Positions 56,436 through 64,000 of a DNA stretch of 64,000 nucleotides are shown piece by piece. The notes beneath the pieces are model-generated. The model saw only the letters and a list, made by a program, of their open reading frames with translations, made no database searches and was not told the DNA's origin. The position numbers were made by a program, and so were the translations under genes. Origin of the DNA: an uncultured bacterium (GTDB lineage Bacteria; Omnitrophota; Omnitrophia; Omnitrophales; Aquincolibacteriaceae); NCBI GenBank assembly GCA_964482725.1, contig CAYZYT010000001.1, positions 186,061 through 250,060 on the forward strand, written 5' to 3'. Every line of letters starts with the position of its first letter. Positions within the stretch are counted from its first letter, which is position 1.

Positions 56436-57392
56436 TTAACCCTTGATCCCCGTTAATTTGATACCTTCAACAAAGAACCGCTGATTGAATATAAAGACGA
56501 TCAAGATCGGCAGGATCATCATCATCGACGCCGCCATAAGAAGCGTCCAATCCGTGTTGTGAACCCCCTGAAAATAGGCGAGTCCAACCGGCAACGTGTA
56601 CTTCTTGGGAGTATTGATCACAATCAAAGGCCACATCAAGTTCATCCACGACCCCATAAAGGTAAAAGTTGTCAAAGTCGCCAGGGCCGGCTTCGACAGC
56701 GGCAGAATGATGTGCCAAAAGATCCGAAGATAAGAGCAGCCGTCGATCTTCGCCGCATCTTCCAGATCCTTCGGCAACGTCAAAAAAAATTGCCGCAGCA
56801 TGAATGTCCCGTAGGCCGAAAAAATGCCGGGGAGAATCATCGCCTTATACGAATCGATCCATCCAAAATACCGGAGCAAGATGAAAACCGGGATCATCGT
56901 TACCGCGCCCGGGATCATCATCGTCGCAAGGTAACCAAAAAAAAGTTTGTTGCGCCCTGGGAACTCAAGCCTTGCGAACGCATACGCGGCCATCGCGCTC
57001 GTAGCCACTTGTCCAAACGTAATGAATACGCTGACAAAAAAAGAATTGAGATACCACCTGGCGAATGGCACCACTTGCCAAACCTTCCAGTAATTTTGCC
57101 AAACGAACGTGGTGGGAAGCCATTCCTGCCACCACGGACGATTCTCCGCGAAAACCTGCCCCGCTTCAGCAAGCGATGTCGAGACCATCCAGAGGAATGG
57201 CGCTGCCATGCTCACCGCACCCGCGAACAAAGCCAAAAAAAGCACCGCGCGCTGCAACCGGACTTTCAAAGGAGATTTTTCCTTCAGCTCGGTCATCACC
57301 TTCACAGGTATTTTTCTTTTAGAACGGGAGACAGCTGCCGCCATCTCCTGTTTCATTTCTTCCTGGATCAGCGAATCAATGTGGTTGCCCAT
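56436..57392 (-). CDS. Carbohydrate ABC transporter permease (CUT1, MalG/UgpE-like).
   Basis: Six TM helices and an EAA loop (EDAAKIDGCSYLRIFWHIILP). Confidence 0.8.
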   Translation of the reverse strand: MGNHIDSLIQEEMKQEMAAAVSRSKRKIPVKVMTELKEKSPLKVRLQRAVLFLALFAGAVSMAAPFLWMVSTSLAEAGQVFAENRPWWQEWLPTTFVWQNYWKVWQVVPFARWYLNSFFVSVFITFGQVATSAMAAYAFARLEFPGRNKLFFGYLATMMIPGAVTMIPVFILLRYFGWIDSYKAMILPGIFSAYGTFMLRQFFLTLPKDLEDAAKIDGCSYLRIFWHIILPLSKPALATLTTFTFMGSWMNLMWPLIVINTPKKYTLPVGLAYFQGVHNTDWTLLMAASMMMILPILIVFIFNQRFFVEGIKLTGIKG

Positions 57393-57424
57393 AACGCCCT
57401 CTTAAGAACTTGCTATCAGTCAGA

Positions 57425-57450
57425 GACGGTTCTCTTTGAAGAGAACCGTC
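57425..57450. repeat. Perfect 12-bp-arm palindrome GACGGTTCTCTT-tg-AAGAGAACCGTC between the two permease genes.
   Basis: Seen directly in the sequence. An intercistronic hairpin. Confidence 0.6.
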
Positions 57451-57477
57451 CCTAAAAGCCTGATATTCGGACAGGCT

Positions 57478-58392
57478 CTAAGTGTAGTGAACGATCTTTC
57501 CAAAAAAGCGCCATTTCACGACGGTGACGGCAAAAATGATCAGGAACAGGACCCAAGAAATAGCCGCTGCGTATCCCATTTTGAACCAGACGAATGCATA
57601 ATTGTAAATATAGTAAACAATGGTCGTCGTAGATCCATTCGGTCCGCCGCCCGTCATAATGTAAGCCTGATCGAACCCCGCCTGAAATCCACCGATTAAA
57701 CTCATGGTCGCGATGAAGAAAGTCGTCGGCGAGATCTGCGGCCAAGTAACATTCCAGAACTTCTGCCAGCTACTAGCGCCATCGATTTCCGCTGCTTCAT
57801 AAAGATCCCGCGGCACACCCTGCAACGCCGCAAGATAAAGGATCATATTGTAGCCGCCGATCGATTGCCATACACTCATAATGATAAACGCCGGCTTTGC
57901 CCACGCCTCATCCGTCAGCCAATTCGGCCCGATCAATCGAAGACCGAGCATATCCCCGAATTGAGCGATCATTGAATTAAAAAGCCCGAAATTCGGATTG
58001 TAGATCAAACGCCAAAGCATAAAGATCGCAACGCCCGAACAGATCGTCGGGAGAAAATAGAGCGTCCTGAAAATGACCGTTCCTTTGAGCTTCTGGTTAA
58101 GGGCGATCGCCAGGAGAAGCGATCCTGCCATACTGATCGGAATGGCCGCTATCAGGTAAAGCGTATTCCAGCAATACTTCCCGAAGAAAGGATCTTTCGC
58201 TAACTCGATAAAGTTTTTGAGCCCTGCGAACGCGGGCCCCGAATCGGACAAGAGATCCCATTTCATAAAACTCAGCCAAAGCGACGCCAGCACCGGGATC
58301 GATGTGAAGAGAAGAAATCCCAACAGGTTCGGCATGAGGAACCCGTAGGCCGCGATCGTCTCTTTCGTTTTATCTTTCAGTCCGTTTTTCAT
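57478..58392 (-). CDS. Carbohydrate ABC transporter permease (CUT1, MalF/UgpA-like).
   Basis: Six TM helices and an EAA loop (EAAEIDGASSWQKFWNVTWP). Confidence 0.8.
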   Translation of the reverse strand: MKNGLKDKTKETIAAYGFLMPNLLGFLLFTSIPVLASLWLSFMKWDLLSDSGPAFAGLKNFIELAKDPFFGKYCWNTLYLIAAIPISMAGSLLLAIALNQKLKGTVIFRTLYFLPTICSGVAIFMLWRLIYNPNFGLFNSMIAQFGDMLGLRLIGPNWLTDEAWAKPAFIIMSVWQSIGGYNMILYLAALQGVPRDLYEAAEIDGASSWQKFWNVTWPQISPTTFFIATMSLIGGFQAGFDQAYIMTGGGPNGSTTTIVYYIYNYAFVWFKMGYAAAISWVLFLIIFAVTVVKWRFFGKIVHYT

Positions 58393-58488
58393 GGCTTCAG
58401 ATTTTCAATTCTCATTTTTTCATGAACTGCGACGCGGGAGAGAGCCGTCTTTGAGCTCTCCCAGCGTCGTAGTTTTGCACTGGCAAAA

Positions 58489-58559
58489 CTGCCCGGCCTG
58501 GGCTCGAACCAGGAATCTTGCCTCCAAAGGGCAGTGTGATACCATTTCACCACCGGGCA
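58489..58559 (-). tRNA. tRNA-Gln (anticodon TTG), 71 nt, CCA not encoded.
   Basis: Reverse complement TGCCCGG-TG-GTGA-AATGGTA-TCAC-A-CTGCC-CTTTGGA-GGCAA-GATT-CCTGG-TTCGAGC-CCAGG-CCGGGCA-G. It folds as a cloverleaf with a T-loop TTCGAGC and one A.C mismatch in the anticodon stem. Confidence 0.8.
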
Positions 58560-58581
58560 ATAATCTATTTATTTCAAAAGA

Positions 58582-58890
58582 TCAGCGTTCGAACGGATCA
58601 TCATCATTCAAGGCCTGCGCCTGGGGCTGATGCTCAATGAAGAGCTCGTAGGCATTCAAGACCTCCTGCTGGATATAATTTTTAAACTCCGCTGTGATGG
58701 GATGCGCCACATCCCGGTAATCGTCGCCCTTGACCTTCCGGGACGGCATCACCACAAAAAGGCCCTTCGTCCCCTCAAGCACCTTCAGCCCGCGCACCAC
58801 GAAACAGCCATCAAAAGTGATATTGGCGAAGGCACACAACTTGTTTTCTTTATTGGCTTGGGGAAAAACACGAATTTCTGTGATCTTCAC
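58582..58890 (-). CDS. spoVG: Septation protein SpoVG.
   Basis: The N-terminus MKITEIRV and the block FDGCFVVRGLKVLEGTKGLFVVMPSRK... are SpoVG-like. Confidence 0.85.
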   Translation of the reverse strand: MKITEIRVFPQANKENKLCAFANITFDGCFVVRGLKVLEGTKGLFVVMPSRKVKGDDYRDVAHPITAEFKNYIQQEVLNAYELFIEHQPQAQALNDDDPFER

Positions 58891-58914
58891 TTTCCGACCT
58901 CAGCACCTTATGTA

Positions 58915-59790
58915 CTACAATGAGTGACAAATCACCTTGCGAAAAGGAAAGGGTACTTCTTTCAATCTCTTCGATAGGCCTAAAGCTTCTTCCCGGTTGG
59001 AGAACGCTGCAAAGACCGTGGCCCCGCTTCCACTCATCAGAGCGAAGGGAGCTCCAAGATCTTTAAGGGCCGCGATGGCTCTGGGGATGGCTGGCATCAA
59101 GCGAAACGCCGGAGATTCCAGATCATTTCGCGCAAATTCCGAAGCTTCCCGGACCCTCTTTTTTTCGAGAAAAGAGCGCAGGATTCTAGCAATACGCTTT
59201 TCCTTTGTCAAGGAAAGGGGCCGTCCGGTCCAGGCAAGCGCCTGATAGACCTTTTTTGTGTTCAGCCCCTGGTCCGTCACGAGTAAAAGGAACCCCAGAC
59301 GACGGGTGCAGGGCACTTTTTGAAGCTTATCCCCAATCCCCCAAGCCATGGCCTGCCGGGTGTCCGAAAGAAAGAACGGCACATCCGCACCGAGCGTTTT
59401 TCCTATAGCGCTAAGCTCTTTGGAAGAGATCTTGAGCTTGTAGAGTTTTTTCATGCCGAGTAAAAAGAATGCCGCATTGCTGGAACCCCCTCCCAACCCG
59501 GCACCCAGGGGAATACGCTTGGTGAGCCGCACCGAGACCCCCCCCAGCGCAGGAAATTTCTTCTGAAGCGCTCGATAGGCCTTGGTGATGAGATTATCTT
59601 CTCCGGTCTCAAGCGAGGGAATGTTCGTGGTAAGTTTAAAACCACTTGGTTTTTTTTGGATAGTGATCCTATCCGCGAGCGAGATGCGGTGGAAAAGCGT
59701 CAGTAGCTTATGATATCCGTCCGACCGCTTCCCGAGAATACGCAGATGGAGATTGAGTTTGGCGGGACTCTTCAGAGTGAGCGCTTGCAT
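58915..59790 (-). CDS. ispE: 4-diphosphocytidyl-2-C-methyl-D-erythritol kinase.
   Basis: GHMP kinase motifs (PAKLNLHL, PLGAGLGGGSSNAA). Confidence 0.85.
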   Translation of the reverse strand: MQALTLKSPAKLNLHLRILGKRSDGYHKLLTLFHRISLADRITIQKKPSGFKLTTNIPSLETGEDNLITKAYRALQKKFPALGGVSVRLTKRIPLGAGLGGGSSNAAFFLLGMKKLYKLKISSKELSAIGKTLGADVPFFLSDTRQAMAWGIGDKLQKVPCTRRLGFLLLVTDQGLNTKKVYQALAWTGRPLSLTKEKRIARILRSFLEKKRVREASEFARNDLESPAFRLMPAIPRAIAALKDLGAPFALMSGSGATVFAAFSNREEALGLSKRLKEVPFPFRKVICHSL

Positions 59791-59793
59791 GGA

Positions 59794-59802
59794 CCCCCCC
59801 CC
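59794..59802. repeat. Homopolymer tract C9 (G9 on the coding strand), located 3 nt upstream of the ispE ATG and forming its presumptive RBS.
   Basis: The minus strand reads TTAAGGGGGGGGGTCCATG. Confidence 0.8.
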
Positions 59803-59805
59803 TTA

Positions 59806-59880
59806 AAGACACAAAGCCACAAGGACACATGCCCCACGAGCATTTCTTTTGTGTCCTTGTGGCCTTGCAACTTTGTGAAC
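59806..59880. repeat. Family F5 element, copy B. A 14-bp perfect stem GCCACAAGGACACA / TGTGTCCTTGTGGC sits upstream of ispE.
   Basis: Alignable with 5798..5872 upstream of uvrB. Confidence 0.55.
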
Positions 59881-59885
59881 TAAAA

Positions 59886-59984
59886 CTAGGACCAGTCTTT
59901 TTTCTTGTGACGGTTCCGGCGCAACTTCTTCTTGCGCTTATGCTTGTTCATCTTCTTCTTGCGCTGTTTGCGAGCCCAGGGCAT
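59886..59984 (-). CDS. Small basic ribosomal-protein-like peptide (32 aa, MPWARKQRKKKMNKHKRKKKLRRNRHKKKDWS), resembling bacterial bS22.
   Basis: Found by manual translation. GGAGG lies 5 nt upstream of the ATG. Below the ORF-track length cutoff. Confidence 0.5.
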   Translation of the reverse strand: MPWARKQRKKKMNKHKRKKKLRRNRHKKKDWS

Positions 59985-60055
59985 TGTTTCCTCCGGTTGT
60001 AAATCGTCAGTAGTAAGTTTCTTTACGGCTTACCACCTACTGCTTATCACTGCTG

Positions 60056-60937
60056 TTATGGAATAACTTTATTGAGCGGATATTCGATGATACCTGAGGC
60101 GCCAGCCTTCTTGAGCGCCGGGATCAGTTCGCGAACCACAGACTCATCAATGATCGTCTCGACGTCCAGCCAATTCTTGTCCGTAAGATTCGCAATCGTC
60201 GGTTTTTTCATAGCCGGGAGAAGGCTTAGAACCCTCTGGAGATTCTTCTTCTCGACATTCATCTTAAGGCCCACTTTTTCTTGAGCACGCATCGCGCCAT
60301 CAAGAAGCATGATCAGGTTATCCATCTTCTGCTTCTTCCAGGGATCTTTGACGCTTTTTTTGTTGGCGATGAACTTCGGAATGGAAACGATCACGGTATC
60401 GATGATCTTGAGTTTGTTCGCACGAAGACTGGATCCGGTCTCGGTCGCCTCCACGATAGCATCCGCAAGGCGTGGCGGCTTGGCTTCCGTGGCACCCCAC
60501 GAGAATTCCACTTCCGCGTTCACTTTATGCTTTTTAAGATAACGCTTCGTCACACTTACAAGCTCGGTCACAACCTTCTTTCCATTCAGGTCCTTGACGC
60601 TTTCAAAAGGCGACGACTCATGCACCGCCAGGACCCAACGCACAGGGTTGGAAGTGCGCTTCGAGTATTGCAACTCACAAAGCTCCACCACATCAGATTC
60701 ATTCTCCACGATCCAGTCATGCCCCGTCAGGCCACAATCCACGATACCCTCTTCAACATAACGGGACATTTCCTGAGGGCGGAACAGTACGACCTCGATC
60801 TCGGGATCGTCAATGGAAGGGATATAAGAACGGGAACTGACATTGATCTTGAAGCCGGCCCGCTTGAAGAGATTATAGGTCGCTTCTTCAAGGCTGCCTT
60901 TGGGTAATGCGATTTTGAGCTTGTTCACTGTCGTCAT
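60056..60937 (-). CDS. hisG: ATP phosphoribosyltransferase, long form with C-terminal regulatory domain.
   Basis: Begins [10 protein letters not shown] and contains the PRPP-binding loop, with HisG C-terminal similarity. Confidence 0.85.
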   Translation of the reverse strand: MTTVNKLKIALPKGSLEEATYNLFKRAGFKINVSSRSYIPSIDDPEIEVVLFRPQEMSRYVEEGIVDCGLTGHDWIVENESDVVELCELQYSKRTSNPVRWVLAVHESSPFESVKDLNGKKVVTELVSVTKRYLKKHKVNAEVEFSWGATEAKPPRLADAIVEATETGSSLRANKLKIIDTVIVSIPKFIANKKSVKDPWKKQKMDNLIMLLDGAMRAQEKVGLKMNVEKKNLQRVLSLLPAMKKPTIANLTDKNWLDVETIIDESVVRELIPALKKAGASGIIEYPLNKVIP

Positions 60938-60995
60938 AGGGAGCGGATTCTATCTTTTTGCTCTCAGGGTGTCAATCTTGGAAATATTCATCCGC

Positions 60996-61475
60996 TTAAG
61001 CTGTATGGTGCGGCTTCTTCTTAGGAAGAATATCTTGTTCGAATTTCTGGAAGAGGACCAACACGATAAGTACCAGGAGTGTTGTGAATATTGCAGGTTT
61101 GAAAAGCCCGATGCCGCACGCCAAACCGATGCCGCAAACAGCCCAGATCCCGGCCGCCGTCGTCAGCCCCCGGACTCCCTGATCGCCACGGATGATCGCC
61201 CCCGCCCCCAAAAATCCGATACCGGTCACGACCTGCGCCGCAATACGCGAAGGATCGACCACCGCCAGCCCCCTGTAGATCAAAAAAATGTCCGCGGAAA
61301 TGATCATCATCAGCGCTGATCCCAAGCAGACGAGCGTATAAGTTTTGAAACCGGCTTCTTTGCCGTTGTATTCCCTTTCTAAACCGATCAAAGCCCCAAG
61401 CCCCGTGGCGGTTAAGAGCCGGATAAAATTCTCAACATCATGCGGTGTCAAACCCAACATAAAACCTCCTCTCAA
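60996..61475 (-). CDS. mgtC: MgtC/SapB family membrane protein.
   Basis: MgtC N-domain signature (GLEREY..K.AG.RT) and 4 to 5 TM helices. Confidence 0.7.
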   Translation of the reverse strand: MRGGFMLGLTPHDVENFIRLLTATGLGALIGLEREYNGKEAGFKTYTLVCLGSALMMIISADIFLIYRGLAVVDPSRIAAQVVTGIGFLGAGAIIRGDQGVRGLTTAAGIWAVCGIGLACGIGLFKPAIFTTLLVLIVLVLFQKFEQDILPKKKPHHTA

Positions 61476-61484
61476 AAAAAATGC

Positions 61485-61544
61485 GTGTCAAAGTATCAAC
61501 GTTTCAACGCATCATGAAACTCTGATACTTTGATACCCTGACAC
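61485..61544. repeat. Family F3 element, copy Y. The palindrome is built from two inverted copies of GTGTCA(GGGTAT)CAAAGTATCA..GTTTCA.
   Basis: The reverse complement of the right arm, GTGTCAGGGTATCAAAGTATCAGAGTTTCA, matches 11247..11276 almost exactly. Confidence 0.55.
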
Positions 61545-62546
61545 TTACTTTATTTGCAGCGCGGGATCGCCTGTCATATTAAGTTTCGACCGTTTTCCTT
61601 GTTTGTAAAGCTCAAACCCTCGGCGCGCGATCATGGCTGCGTTGTCGGTCGAAAGAACAAACGGCGGGAACCAGACCTTGATCCCCTTTGCTGCGCCGTC
61701 CCGCGTCAGTTTTTCGCGAAGATACGAATTCGCGCTCACGCCCCCGCCGACCACAATATCGGAAGCGCCTTTAAATTCGCAGGCATCAAGCGCCTTCTCG
61801 ACAAGCCACCCGATGGCAGCATGCTGAAAACTTGCGGCCATATCTTTTTGAGACAACGCGTCAGGGTTCGGCCTCCCGGTCTTCGGATCCTGATAATGAT
61901 AAAGCACGGCCGTTTTTACGCCACTAAAACTAAAGCTGAAGCGCCCCTCTTGTTTCGGTCTTGTGAATTGAAAAGCCCGCGGGTTTCCTTCTCGCGCCAG
62001 CTTATCCAGGATCGGCCCGCCGGGATAACTGAGCCCCATGATCTTCGCGACCTTGTCGTAGGCCTCGCCCACAGCGTCATCCACCGTCTCGCCCAGAATA
62101 TGGATCTTCCCTTTTTCGCAGAACGTGAGCATCGTGTGTCCGCCGGAAACCAAAAGACCGATGTAACGCTTGGGTTCCGGCGCCCCAAAAAAATTCGCCA
62201 CGAGATGAGCTTCCATATGATTTACGCCGACCAGCGGGATCTCGAGCTGATACGCGAGCGCCTTGGCGAACGCGACGCCGACAAGGAGTGAGCCCATGAG
62301 ACCGGGACCCTGGGTCACGGCAATGAGATCAAGGTCCTTGGCTTTGATCTTGGCTTCATGAAGCGCTTCCTCGAACACGCATTGGATCTGTTCCATGCAA
62401 TGCCGCGAGGCGATCTCGGGCACCACCCCGCCGAATTTCTTGTGCCGGAACAAACTGGAGGACACGACATTGGAAAGGATCGTATCTTTACCTTTTAGTA
62501 TCGAACACGACGTTTCGTCGCAGGAGGTTTCTATCCCGAGCGTCAA
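61545..62546 (-). CDS. tsaD: tRNA N6-adenosine threonylcarbamoyltransferase. The probable start is a TTG that gives MLTLGIETSCDETS. The ORF-track Met at 62618 is an extension.
   Basis: Kae1/TsaD motifs throughout. The canonical N-terminus begins at LLTLGIETSCDE. Confidence 0.8.
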   Translation of the reverse strand: MTLGIETSCDETSCSILKGKDTILSNVVSSSLFRHKKFGGVVPEIASRHCMEQIQCVFEEALHEAKIKAKDLDLIAVTQGPGLMGSLLVGVAFAKALAYQLEIPLVGVNHMEAHLVANFFGAPEPKRYIGLLVSGGHTMLTFCEKGKIHILGETVDDAVGEAYDKVAKIMGLSYPGGPILDKLAREGNPRAFQFTRPKQEGRFSFSFSGVKTAVLYHYQDPKTGRPNPDALSQKDMAASFQHAAIGWLVEKALDACEFKGASDIVVGGGVSANSYLREKLTRDGAAKGIKVWFPPFVLSTDNAAMIARRGFELYKQGKRSKLNMTGDPALQIK

Positions 62547-62626
62547 CAAAGCTGACGCTCGCGTGGAACGGCTAACGGTTAACGTTGAACGCTTTAGTTT
62601 TTTCGTTCCCCGTTCCACGTTACCCG

Positions 62627-64000
62627 TTACCCGTTAACGAGCTTCTGCATTAGAAGCTCGTTAACTATTTTTGGATTCGCTTTTCCGCCAGTTTCTTTCA
62701 TCACCGCGCCGACGAGAGCGCCGAGGGCCTTTTGTTTTCCGGCCTTGAATTCCGCGACCGCAGTCGGGTTCGCCGCGATGGATTTTTCGACCGCTTTTTC
62801 GATCAAGCCGGTGTCCGAAACCTGTGTCAGGCCTTTTTCTTTGACGATGCTATCAGCATCTTTCCCGGTCTCGAACATCATTCCAAGCACGTCCTTTGCG
62901 GTCTTCCCGGAGACGGTCCCGTTGTCGATCAGCTTGAGAAGTCCGGCAAAAGCTTTCGCCGTGACGAGGCAGTGTTCGATCCCAAGACCTTTACTGTTCA
63001 GGACCGCAAGCAGTTCAGTCAGGACCCAGTTGCTGGCAAGTTTTGCCAGGGACAGGTCCTCTTTTTTCAGGACCTGTCCCTGAGTGACAACCGCCTCAAA
63101 ATATTCCGCGAGTTTTTTATCTTCCACAAGCGTATACGCGTCATATTCAGAGAGAGCGAATTCCTTTATGAACCGCTTCGCGCGTTCGAGCGGAAGTTCG
63201 GGTAAAGTTTTTCTAATTTCCTCGACCACCTCACGGGACAAGGTGAACGGCACCAGATCCGGCTCCGGGAAATACCGGTAATCATGGGCTTCTTCCTTTG
63301 AGCGCATGGAAAAAGTCGTACCCTTAGTGTCATTCCAAAGCCGCGTCTCCTGCACGATCGTCTCCCCGGCTTCGCAGGCTTCGGTTTGCCGTTCGATCTC
63401 GTACTGGATCGCTTTCTGAACCATCTTGAAAGAATTCAGATTCTTGATCTCAACCTTGGTCCCGAGTTTTTCCTGGCCTACGGGTCGCACCGACACGTTC
63501 GCGTCGCAGCGGAGGCTTCCCTTTTCCATATCGCAGTCGCTTACCTCCACATATTGGAGGATCGCTTTGAGCGCGGTGAGGTAATCATAAGCTTCCTGCG
63601 GGCTGCGAAGGTCGGGCTCAGAGACGATCTCAAGAAGCGGAATACCGCCGCGGTTGTAATCCACCAGGCTTCCGTCCGTGATCCCTTCATGCAGAAGTTT
63701 CCCGGCATCTTCTTCCAGGTGCGCGCGCGTGATGCCGATCCTCTTGACGACGAACAACTCAGGGACAGGTCCTCTTTTTTCAGGACCTGTCCCTGTCTCG
63801 ATATCAAGCCACCCTTTCCCATTCACGGGCATGTCAAACTGCGAGATCTGGTAGGCCTTGGGAAGATCCGGATAAAAATAATTTTTCCGATCAAATTTGA
63901 GCCGCTCTGCCACTTTACAATTAAGAGCGAGCCCCACCCGAATCCCGAGTTTCAAGGCCGCCTCGTTTAAGACGGGCAACGACCCCGGCCAACCGAGACA
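62627..64000 (-). CDS. gatB: Asp/Glu-tRNA amidotransferase subunit B, partial. The N-terminus lies beyond the window end. It carries two identical in-frame 36-bp palindromic insertions.
   Basis: GatB homology starts at about residue 50 and continues in-frame through the last base of the window. Confidence 0.9.
   Translation of the reverse strand, partial: CLGWPGSLPVLNEAALKLGIRVGLALNCKVAERLKFDRKNYFYPDLPKAYQISQFDMPVNGKGWLDIETGTGPEKRGPVPELFVVKRIGITRAHLEEDAGKLLHEGITDGSLVDYNRGGIPLLEIVSEPDLRSPQEAYDYLTALKAILQYVEVSDCDMEKGSLRCDANVSVRPVGQEKLGTKVEIKNLNSFKMVQKAIQYEIERQTEACEAGETIVQETRLWNDTKGTTFSMRSKEEAHDYRYFPEPDLVPFTLSREVVEEIRKTLPELPLERAKRFIKEFALSEYDAYTLVEDKKLAEYFEAVVTQGQVLKKEDLSLAKLASNWVLTELLAVLNSKGLGIEHCLVTAKAFAGLLKLIDNGTVSGKTAKDVLGMMFETGKDADSIVKEKGLTQVSDTGLIEKAVEKSIAANPTAVAEFKAGKQKALGALVGAVMKETGGKANPKIVNELLMQKLVNG
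63047..63082. repeat. 36-bp perfect palindrome CAGGGACAGGTCCT-cttttttc-AGGACCTGTCCCTG inside gatB, in-frame. It encodes QGQVLKKEDLSL.
   Basis: 14-bp perfect arms. Identical to 63760..63795. Confidence 0.8.
63760..63795. repeat. Second identical 36-bp palindrome inside gatB, in a different frame. It encodes TGTGPEKRGPVP.
   Basis: Exact 36/36 match to 63047..63082. Confidence 0.8.

Overview
This window is a gene-dense, roughly 55% GC chromosomal segment of a diderm bacterium, with nearly all genes on the minus strand. A lipid A and outer-membrane biogenesis set (bamA, skp, fused lpxC-fabZ, lpxA, lpxI, lpxB, msbA-like) and sigma-54 promoters are present.

Recognisable housekeeping blocks, in window order:
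- eda plus an HMGL-like aldolase, uvrB, nadC, valS
- a threonine/isoleucine block: hom, thrC, archaeal-type apgM, lysC, cimA
- a giant 1583-aa secreted beta-helix/YD/glycosidase-like protein
- a msbA-like gene, a Gfo/Idh/MocA oxidoreductase and lpxB
- carA and carB
- a sigma-54 nitrogen module: a NifA-like GAF activator, glnN (GSIII), amtB, glnK, and a co-operonic coiled-coil porin
- lpxI, lpxA, lpxC-fabZ, skp, bamA
- dnaB, rplI, rpsR, ssb, rpsF
- pth, rplY (ctc), prs, glmU, then two orphan sugar-ABC permeases, tRNA-Gln, spoVG, ispE
- a 32-aa bS22-like gene missed by the ORF track, hisG, mgtC, tsaD, and gatB (runs off the right edge)
- two tRNAs: initiator tRNA-fMet and tRNA-Gln(TTG)

The most unusual content is a dense set of short repeat elements.
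- Two identical 36-bp perfect palindromes are inserted in-frame, in two different reading frames, inside gatB.
- valS carries a 40-bp near-perfect palindrome and two homologous heptamer-repeat blocks, all in-frame. This resembles Rickettsia palindromic elements.
- At least five further families of intergenic inverted-repeat elements recur 2 to 4 times each.
- The 51-bp tandem DNA repeat at the left edge is actually coding. It encodes 17-aa repeats of a signal-peptide protein that runs off the window.
- A 17-bp exact duplicate of the tRNA-fMet 3' end lies 242 bp downstream of the tRNA, an att-like remnant.
- Two near-perfect sigma-54 promoters (amtB, glnN) have candidate enhancer palindromes.
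- Long G/C homopolymer tracts sit in the amtB promoter region and the ispE ribosome-binding site.

Most plus-strand ORFs in the supplied track are antisense shadows of these genes.
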